This document shows positions 57,163 through 64,000 of a stretch of 64,000 nt of DNA, one piece after another. Below the pieces are notes generated by a model. The model had not been told where the DNA came from. It made no database searches and worked only from the letters and a program-made list of their open reading frames with translations. This stretch comes from an uncultured Pseudomonadales bacterium (GTDB taxonomy: Bacteria; Patescibacteriota; Microgenomatia; UBA1400; RBG-16-45-19), in NCBI GenBank assembly GCA_964441155.1, contig CAYYKL010000001.1:24393-88392 (forward strand). The letters are read 5' to 3'. Numbering within the stretch: position 1 is the first letter of the stretch; every line of letters begins with the position of its first letter. A program made the translations under genes and the position numbers.

Positions 57163-58700
57163 TAGGTCTCTGCCACCTTTGATGCCGTAAAGACATCAAT
57201 GTAGGCCGCATTGATAAGTAAACCTATAGAGGCGGCCACAAACCCGGCTAAATAAGCTCTGATTAAAAGATCTTTGCTTGCAAAAGCACCTTTAAGTGAA
57301 ATCACCATTACCGCTAACACGACACCAAAAAAGCTAACAAAACCCAAAATCCCCGTTTCGCCCAGTGAGCGCAAGAATTCATTGTCGGTGGATTCTGCCT
57401 CGGTAAATTGACCCACTTCTTCCTTGGTGAGGGTTGAGTAACCACTACCAAGAAGTGGATTAGATTTCAATCCAGCCAAGGCACGTGGCCACAAAGTGTC
57501 ATAGCGAATGGCTGCTGACAAACCGTACGTATGCGCGGCATCAGAATACGTTCTATCCTGCAACTCATATTCCCCCGTTTCATTGCCCTGCTCATCAACC
57601 ACGGCAACAGGTAGCGGAATATTTTCATAGACATCTGGAGGTAAATTATTGTCAGCTTGGGTACGTGGATCAACGGGTGAAGGTGGCTCATCAGTAACAC
57701 TGGTTACCATAGAAAGCTCGCTGACGCTCAAATAGTGTTGCGGAGTGTCAATTCCTGGATTATATAAGCCAAACTTAGGATGAAAATTCTCTCGAAAACT
57801 AATTAAATTTTTCACTCCTGGAACTTGCTCAAATCGATCAATAAAATCGCTGGAATACAGTGCGAGGATAAGTGTGAATACGCCCACAATTCCCCAATAC
57901 ACGAGCGTCTTTATTAAGTTTTTGGACAGTAGCCAATAGCCAAACAACAAAATGTGCATGGCCGCTAAAAACGCTAAAAATGAGGTTCGTGAGGCAGTTA
58001 GAATCAGCAAATAATAACCAAGCCCGAAGGAGATAAAACTAGCAATCTTTAGGAGCTTATGTTTGGTAAATAATGCCACTGACAAGGCGATAGTGATGAT
58101 CATCATGGCAAAGGCAGCAGCATCGTAGTGACCACCAAAAGTGCTTGGCACCCGTGCATGCTCGGTCAAATACAACCGCCAGCCTTTGGCAAATTCTCGA
58201 TTCATAGTGGAATAGACCGGCCAATACAGAAATTTTTGACCAAAACCATACACTGAAGCAATTGACAAAACCGCAAGCAATGAAATTACATACGTTTTTG
58301 CCAACTTAATCGATTTTATTGAGGCAAAAAAGATAAAAAACAAACTAAAATATTCTATGCGTCTCACGAAATGAAGGGCAATTTTTGCAATGTGCAGAGC
58401 ACTTAACGGCACCGTTTTAGTAATAAATATGGCACTAACGACCGAAAGAAATCCAATCACCACATACGCCAAGATTGCCTTAGAGACCAACGGATGAATA
58501 GTTACCTTTTTGCGCCGCCACTGAATCAGAAAAACTATTGCGGTAATCAAAATCAAAAAGTCTTCCAGCCGAACCCGAACGATATATCCTGGAATAGCAT
58601 CGAATAATGGTAGTTTGGGATAGAGCGGAATAAAAACTAAAAGGATTCCAGCTAAAAGACCCAAACTATGCTGATCAAACCATTGTGCTAATTTCTTCAT
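57093..58700 (-). CDS. O-antigen ligase/polymerase (Wzy_C)-like membrane protein
   Basis: 535 aa, >10 TM helices, a large extracytoplasmic loop (residues ~290-420) and a TASRTSFLAF block. Confidence 0.6.
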   Translation of the reverse strand: MKKLAQWFDQHSLGLLAGILLVFIPLYPKLPLFDAIPGYIVRVRLEDFLILITAIVFLIQWRRKKVTIHPLVSKAILAYVVIGFLSVVSAIFITKTVPLSALHIAKIALHFVRRIEYFSLFFIFFASIKSIKLAKTYVISLLAVLSIASVYGFGQKFLYWPVYSTMNREFAKGWRLYLTEHARVPSTFGGHYDAAAFAMMIITIALSVALFTKHKLLKIASFISFGLGYYLLILTASRTSFLAFLAAMHILLFGYWLLSKNLIKTLVYWGIVGVFTLILALYSSDFIDRFEQVPGVKNLISFRENFHPKFGLYNPGIDTPQHYLSVSELSMVTSVTDEPPSPVDPRTQADNNLPPDVYENIPLPVAVVDEQGNETGEYELQDRTYSDAAHTYGLSAAIRYDTLWPRALAGLKSNPLLGSGYSTLTKEEVGQFTEAESTDNEFLRSLGETGILGFVSFFGVVLAVMVISLKGAFASKDLLIRAYLAGFVAASIGLLINAAYIDVFTASKVAETYWAMAGIAVAVSVLALQSKKSLK

Positions 58701-59568
58701 AGATTTTTTTGCGCTCTCTATTACCCACTATACCAAAGATTAAAATTCTCAATAGTGCTGCAAAACGCAACTCTAGCAATGACAATGACTTGTTGAATCC
58801 GGTAAAGTGTTTAGTAATTAGGTATTTAAGACCAATAAATTCTCCCACCAATGATGCTTTTGAAGAGGAGCTTGCTTGTCCCAGATGAGTAATGTTTGGT
58901 TTGGCGAAATAGTCGACTAAATAACCAGCCTGGCGCAAGCGAATGCACAATTCCACATCTTCGCCATACATAAAAATATTTGGATCAAAGCCACCAATAT
59001 CATCAAACACTTGACGCTTGATTGCCAAAGCAGTCCCACCGATCCATCCTACTTGGTGATTTTGATCAAAATAACCTCTGTTTCTGTGTTGATACGAGGT
59101 AATCAGAGAATTTATGAGTGGCAGATCATCGATACCTGTTGCCCAAACCAGTAGACTCAAAAGATTCGGCAGCGCTCCACCTTGGGGCTGAATAGAGCCA
59201 TCCACATTAAGTAATTTGCAAGTTGCTACGGTTGACTTGTGGCGCTTAATATCTTCAAAAAGCAAGGCGAGAGTATCAATTTTAAGCAAGGTGTCTGAAT
59301 TCAAAAATAATAAAAAATTGCCATGTGCTTTTTCAGCACCTTGATTATTCGCAACACCAAAACCAACGTTGGTTTTGTTGGCAATAAGCATGATATTAGG
59401 GAAAGCGCTCTTTAGCTTTTCAACTGACGAATCGTTTGAAGCATTATCAATGACGATAATTTCTTTGTGGAGTGAATCAGTTGATTTGGCAATGCTTTTC
59501 AAGCACGCCAAAGTAATCGGGAGTGTTTTATAGTTGACGATAATAATCGACACATCGGGAGTAGACAT
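58675..59568 (-). CDS. glycosyltransferase family 2 (GT-A)
   Basis: VSIIIVNYKT ... VIDNASND ... LNSDT motifs. Confidence 0.8.
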   Translation of the reverse strand: MSTPDVSIIIVNYKTLPITLACLKSIAKSTDSLHKEIIVIDNASNDSSVEKLKSAFPNIMLIANKTNVGFGVANNQGAEKAHGNFLLFLNSDTLLKIDTLALLFEDIKRHKSTVATCKLLNVDGSIQPQGGALPNLLSLLVWATGIDDLPLINSLITSYQHRNRGYFDQNHQVGWIGGTALAIKRQVFDDIGGFDPNIFMYGEDVELCIRLRQAGYLVDYFAKPNITHLGQASSSSKASLVGEFIGLKYLITKHFTGFNKSLSLLELRFAALLRILIFGIVGNRERKKIYEEISTMV

Positions 59569-59580
59569 AAGGCAAAGTGC

Positions 59581-60186
59581 TTACTGAAACAATCGAAAAC
59601 GACCTAATCGATATGCATATGAATCAAGTTTTCTATGCGAAATTTCTTTTGCAGGCACTCCGCCCACAATCATTCGAGGCGCCACGTCCTTAGTTACCAC
59701 CGCTCCAGCGGCAACTACTGCACCATCACCAATTGAAACTCCAGGCAAAATTATGGCTCTGGGACCAATAAACACATAGTCACCAATGATTACTGGGGCT
59801 TCAATTGCTTTAAATGATTCATCACTCAAGTCGTGTTCGCTGTTGTAAATCATGACTTGCGAAGCCAGTGATGTGTGATTGCCTATCGTTAACGGTGCAC
59901 GACCATCCAAAAAAACATGATCGCCAACAATGGTGCCATCACCAATTGAAATAAGTTTTGGATTGTAAAATCGCGCACCCATGTGAATAGTAGATTTGAT
60001 GCCGATTGAAATCCCAGCCAACGCATAGAAAAAGCGGCGGACAAAATGCAATGGAATGTAGCCAATAATCCACAAGAGCAACAGTTCAAAATCTAAAAAA
60101 TAGTGAAAAATGCGCGTCTGACCCTTAGAGATCACCTGAGAAACGTCGAGTTCATTTCCTAACTTATCTTTCAATGGTGTTTTCAT
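59581..60186 (-). CDS. hexapeptide-repeat (LbH) acetyltransferase, WcaF/CysE-like
   Basis: An N-terminal membrane-associated helix followed by repeated [LIV]G-x4 hexapeptides ([40 protein letters not shown]). Confidence 0.75.
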   Translation of the reverse strand: MKTPLKDKLGNELDVSQVISKGQTRIFHYFLDFELLLLWIIGYIPLHFVRRFFYALAGISIGIKSTIHMGARFYNPKLISIGDGTIVGDHVFLDGRAPLTIGNHTSLASQVMIYNSEHDLSDESFKAIEAPVIIGDYVFIGPRAIILPGVSIGDGAVVAAGAVVTKDVAPRMIVGGVPAKEISHRKLDSYAYRLGRFRLFQ

Positions 60187-60222
60187 ATCTTGTTTGCATT
60201 CTACCTTTCGTTAAAGCGATTC

Positions 60223-61428
60223 TTAATCACTATTATCCAAGGCGATTTTCTCAAGGTTAGAGAGAATTATACCCGCACTTATGTACCAATCAAATTTTTT
60301 TATGTGTTCTTGTCCCAAAGTAATCCGTTTTGCTCGAGAAGCATCATCGAGCTCAAGCGATCGTTTAAGCCCATGTCGAATGGAAGTAACTGAGTAGGGG
60401 TCAACCAAAATGCCCCCATTACCCACCACTTCTGGCAAAGAGGAATTGTTGGATACGACTGGCAACGTGCCACAGGCAAAACTTTCGGCAGCGGGCATAC
60501 CAAAGCCTTCGTGAAGACCGATTAGGACTGAGCATTTGGCCAATGAATACAGTGCAGGAATTTCGGAATCTGGCACAAAACCTAATATTTTTATGCGCTC
60601 CCTTGCTTTAGAAAAAGCGAGCGCATGGTCAAAATCTTGCGTCAGCCAGCCACGTTGACCAGCAATAACCAGATCAAATCCATCAAAAGCTGGAGGCAGA
60701 GAGCTAAACGCTTCAAGTAATCGAACTAAATTTTTTCGAGGTTGTATAGTGCCCACAAATAAGGCAAATGGGTTCTGTAACTTGTATTTTTTGGCTATGT
60801 TTTTTTGCATCGACACACTAGACTGTTTGAAAGTTTGAGCATCAACCCCCGGATAAGCCACAACCACGTCTGAGGATTTCTTATCATAGCTTTTAATCAC
60901 GTCTTGCCGAGTGTGTTCTGAAATTGCTACCACTTTCGCTGCTTGTTTAACTGAATATGCCGTCCATTGTTCAAGTTGAGCGGTACCGCGTTTGTGTTTC
61001 AAAAACAGATTGGGGTAGTGCAAAAAAGCCAGGTCCATAATTGATATGACCGTTGGCACAGGAGATTTTCGCGGTGCATAGTGACCAGGTGTAAAGAAAA
61101 CGTGCGGCCTGGGTCGATGCACAAAAAGATCGGCAGGTAGTCGCGCCTGCGTCCATAATTTTTGTGGTTTAATGACTCTGTATTGCCAAGTTTTAGTTGC
61201 TTTGGGCATGTCATCCAACGGCTCTGATTTTAGGTAAATTCTAAATGTATGATTTGATTCAATTGAGTAAAATGCTTTGAGAATATGGAAAGCAAACTGA
61301 TTGCTGCCCACGCGATTGGAAACATTGGCTTCGTTGCCGTCAATGCCGATAAGAAGGTGTTTAGCTTGACTCATGCCTGCATTGCTTTCTCGTAAACTGC
61401 ATAAGTTTCTCTGGCAGCTTTTTGCCAT
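60223..61428 (-). CDS. glycosyltransferase family 4 (GT-B)
   Basis: LLIGIDGNEANVSNRVGSNQFAF N-terminal block; the likely start is MSQAKH. Confidence 0.8.
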   Translation of the reverse strand: MAKSCQRNLCSLRESNAGMSQAKHLLIGIDGNEANVSNRVGSNQFAFHILKAFYSIESNHTFRIYLKSEPLDDMPKATKTWQYRVIKPQKLWTQARLPADLFVHRPRPHVFFTPGHYAPRKSPVPTVISIMDLAFLHYPNLFLKHKRGTAQLEQWTAYSVKQAAKVVAISEHTRQDVIKSYDKKSSDVVVAYPGVDAQTFKQSSVSMQKNIAKKYKLQNPFALFVGTIQPRKNLVRLLEAFSSLPPAFDGFDLVIAGQRGWLTQDFDHALAFSKARERIKILGFVPDSEIPALYSLAKCSVLIGLHEGFGMPAAESFACGTLPVVSNNSSLPEVVGNGGILVDPYSVTSIRHGLKRSLELDDASRAKRITLGQEHIKKFDWYISAGIILSNLEKIALDNSD

Positions 61429-62456
61429 GAAAACTCATGAAGTCTTCTTTTACCATGCTCAATTAAGATCGATGAAGTATCTAATGCAGCTTGTAGACCC
61501 TCTTTAATTGATTGAACATCGTGTGGGTCACTTTTGACTACGGCTGTTGATCCTATTTCTGACATGGCTGATGTATTTGCAGTCACAACGGGCAAGGCAT
61601 GATAAAACGCCTCTAAAATAGGCAACCCAAAACCTTCGTAGAGCGAGCAATACAACAAAAGCGAAGCGCCTTTATACAATGCTGCTAACTCGAATGCGCT
61701 TGCATCAGAAATTCGAATGATATGCGTATCAGTCGGTAAATGCTCCCATCCAATTGATCCGACAATGACTAAATCAAAATCATTTTCGTACTGCTTCCAG
61801 GCTTCAATTTGACGAATAAAATTCTTGCGCGGCTCTGCTGTTCCCACCATAAGCATAAATGGTCGCTTTAGCGAGTATTTTTCTTTGACGCTGTTCAACT
61901 CAATATCTTGGATCTCAATCTGATGCTCGAGAGGAATTGCTTCATGCACCACATGAATTGAGTCGGGAGGCAAATCACATACTTCGATGAGATCGTTCTT
62001 GGTACTTTCTGATACGGCGATGATTGTGGGTTTGAATTTTCTAATTCGCTCCATCACCTCTCGATGTTGTTTTTCGATTGCAGGGTGCGACAACTTTGGA
62101 AACTTGAACAACGCCACATCATGCATAGTGATAACTACCTTTGATGTGCGAGAAGTGGGCAGATACCATTCCCAGGTGTGGAAAATATCAGAATCGTTGA
62201 TAAGTGTATCAATCGGCAATCCTGCCGAATGAAACGCAAATGAAGCGAGCGAGGGTGGCACCGGATAGAGCTTCGAAACTGCGCCAATAGAATGCGAAAA
62301 TTTCTTTAGAACATTGTAGTTGCCAAAGCTTGCCCCAAACAGCGACAGGGTATCTGAATCACTTAAAACTTTTTTTATATTTCTAACTAAGTTTGTCGTG
62401 TAAAACGAAACTCCTCGATTGTAGACGATCGAAGAAATGTCCATGGTGATACGCAT
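61371..62456 (-). CDS. glycosyltransferase family 4-like (GT-B)
   Basis: 361 aa with a two-Rossmann architecture and a C-terminal EGFGLPILEA block. Confidence 0.75.
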   Translation of the reverse strand: MRITMDISSIVYNRGVSFYTTNLVRNIKKVLSDSDTLSLFGASFGNYNVLKKFSHSIGAVSKLYPVPPSLASFAFHSAGLPIDTLINDSDIFHTWEWYLPTSRTSKVVITMHDVALFKFPKLSHPAIEKQHREVMERIRKFKPTIIAVSESTKNDLIEVCDLPPDSIHVVHEAIPLEHQIEIQDIELNSVKEKYSLKRPFMLMVGTAEPRKNFIRQIEAWKQYENDFDLVIVGSIGWEHLPTDTHIIRISDASAFELAALYKGASLLLYCSLYEGFGLPILEAFYHALPVVTANTSAMSEIGSTAVVKSDPHDVQSIKEGLQAALDTSSILIEHGKRRLHEFSWQKAARETYAVYEKAMQA

Positions 62457-62501
62457 ATCCTTAATTGTACCTGTGAAGCACCTCTCTAAACAAACACCAT
62501 A

Positions 62502-63890
62502 CTAAATTCCAGCAAAAATCTGCTTACGCTCGAAAACGCGTACTTTCCCCACCCCATTAAAGTCTCGAAATCCAATTTCGCTATAGCCAGCTTGTTCAAT
62601 TTTATTCTGAATGACATTTTGTGGATCAAATAGCTCGCGCGCGTAGTCAACATAATAAATTCTTGGGGCTCTCAAATCCAGCTGTTCATCGAGCAATTGC
62701 ATTCCTACAGCAAGTAAGTTCTCGCTTGTGTAGTAAACCCACGGATCAGGCACTCCTGGAAAACTAAACACAATGCTATCGGTCACATTTGCCTGAGCTT
62801 CAATATATGCGACTACCTCTTTCCAATTTTCCCGGTGATATCGGGGCGTGCCAATGTACGTTTGCCAGGAAAAAAGAGATATGCTAAAAGCCACCATAAG
62901 TGCTGTAGTTCTGGCTTTAATACTCGAGAGGCTCCCAATTCCCAAGCTCGTAATTAACACAAATGAAGGCAGGACAAACAACAGCCGAAAGTATTGAATT
63001 ACGGGTGAAAAAAATGCTAAACCGATAGTCAGAAGAATGGGAATTGCCAACCAAGCAACAAGCTTGCTAAATACTTTTTTGTGGTTTTTTTTAAGTGCGG
63101 CAACTAAGTACAACCACAGATAACAAGCAATTGCAGAAACAATCAAATAAACCCACAGCGGATCAAGTCCGATCCTACCCCAAAAGAATTTAAGTGGAAT
63201 CAAGGCTACATTCTTAATGGTTAATGCTCCGATGACACTGCTCCATGCTGGTGATAGATTTGCTCTGGCAAATTCGAGTTGCTTGATAACTACTGGTATC
63301 CAAAGAAAAAATGGCACCATGCTTCCCACAAGGTATTTCCAGGACTTTGCCTTTTGTTTTAAAAAGATTGCGTAGACAGGAATCATAAACAACGCAAAGT
63401 AGTGCGTGAGAAAAGAAGTTGCTGCAAAGACCATAAAATAAATCATTTTTTTATGCATGAGTGCCAAAACTGCTGCAGTTACGAGCAGAGTAACGAGTGC
63501 ATACATCCGCGCTTCCATTGCATAATAGATAAAGAGTGGCGAACAACTCATAAGGGCCGCCGCTATATCTGCTTGCTTGGCATCGAGTTTTTTGGCGATA
63601 AAGTACACGCACACAATGGTGAGCATGCTGGCAAGCAGTGAAGGAATTCGCAGATTGAGATCGTTTACACCAACCAATTGAGCAAAACCTTTGGTGGTGA
63701 GGTAATACACAGGCGGATGGAAATCAGTAGGCGCAAAATCACGAAAGTAATAAGCAAGTGAGCTTTGAGCTACTTTACCCGTAGTTGCCTCATCCAACCA
63801 CAAGCTTTCTTGCCATTGCATCAAGGCCAAAATGCAAAATGCGAACATGATAATCATCAACGACCAATGGGATGTAAATGTTTTAAACAT
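62502..63890 (-). CDS. GT-C membrane glycosyltransferase (GT39-like)
   Basis: 462 aa, polytopic. N-terminal loop with LWLDEATTG (Asp-Glu catalytic-type motif) and a C-terminal soluble domain. Confidence 0.6.
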   Translation of the reverse strand: MFKTFTSHWSLMIIMFAFCILALMQWQESLWLDEATTGKVAQSSLAYYFRDFAPTDFHPPVYYLTTKGFAQLVGVNDLNLRIPSLLASMLTIVCVYFIAKKLDAKQADIAAALMSCSPLFIYYAMEARMYALVTLLVTAAVLALMHKKMIYFMVFAATSFLTHYFALFMIPVYAIFLKQKAKSWKYLVGSMVPFFLWIPVVIKQLEFARANLSPAWSSVIGALTIKNVALIPLKFFWGRIGLDPLWVYLIVSAIACYLWLYLVAALKKNHKKVFSKLVAWLAIPILLTIGLAFFSPVIQYFRLLFVLPSFVLITSLGIGSLSSIKARTTALMVAFSISLFSWQTYIGTPRYHRENWKEVVAYIEAQANVTDSIVFSFPGVPDPWVYYTSENLLAVGMQLLDEQLDLRAPRIYYVDYARELFDPQNVIQNKIEQAGYSEIGFRDFNGVGKVRVFERKQIFAGI

Positions 63891-64000
63891 AGTCGTTATC
63901 TAGCGGCTTTTAGGCAGATTTTTAATCGACATAAGGATTCCAATAGTTAGCCCTGCATTATAGACATGCTTAAACACAACATAATGCAGCTCCATGAAAT

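Noticed and set aside
1-64000. Screen for tRNA, rRNA, CRISPR arrays, transposases or integrases
   Set aside because: Intergenic regions contain no cloverleaf or T-loop (GTTCRANYC) signatures, no rRNA-like stretches, no regularly spaced direct repeats, and no ORFs with DDE, tyrosine- or serine-recombinase motifs. The high-GC genes are therefore not visibly part of a mobile element.

Overview
The window is a low-GC (~45%), gene-dense, almost entirely minus-strand bacterial region. Its content points to a small-genome fermentative bacterium, possibly of the Patescibacteria/CPR type; this is an inference only. TGA is used as an ordinary stop (murG and the 512-aa hypothetical both end in TGA), so there is no UGA recoding.

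From the 5' end of the plus strand the window carries:
- a fermentative module: 2-oxoacid:ferredoxin oxidoreductase alpha/beta subunits, a type II NADH dehydrogenase, and a fused ADP-forming acetyl-CoA synthetase;
- a RodA-like SEDS protein and ileS, the latter preceded by a T-box-like leader;
- a division/cell-wall block ftsZ-ftsA-ftsQ(like)-murG-ftsW-murD, then a PP-loop protein that may be a MurL-type Glu epimerase, a hypothetical protein, mraY and dgkA;
- a ~9 kb accessory insertion containing two compositionally foreign high-GC genes (a vWA protein with a His-rich tail, and a PspA-like membrane coiled-coil protein) that flank a low-GC protein with a Pro-rich linker and repeated acidic-aromatic motifs;
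- a large secreted beta-helix/FG-GAP/dockerin protein broken by a single in-frame TAA, and a plus-strand polytopic membrane protein;
- glmS with a long structured leader, then murA-murB-murC-pgeF-(GlmU N-terminal domain)-yvcK-murE-ftsI-ftsL-rsmH-mraZ;
- glyQS with a clear T-box leader and terminator, recO, and a ~17 kb glycan-assembly locus: a DUF4012 protein, a phosphoglycosyltransferase, manC, seven GT4/GT2 transferases, two GT-C membrane transferases, an O-antigen-ligase-like protein and a hexapeptide acetyltransferase.

No rRNA, tRNA, CRISPR array or transposase/integrase gene was found.

The most notable candidates are the vWA / acidic-repeat / PspA-like triad of atypical composition inside the division cluster, the MurL-like PP-loop enzyme next to murD, the interrupted dockerin surface protein, and the two T-box leaders.

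Small-feature coordinates are approximate (+/-2 nt). Around 24240 the printed sequence and the ORF track appear to differ by one base.
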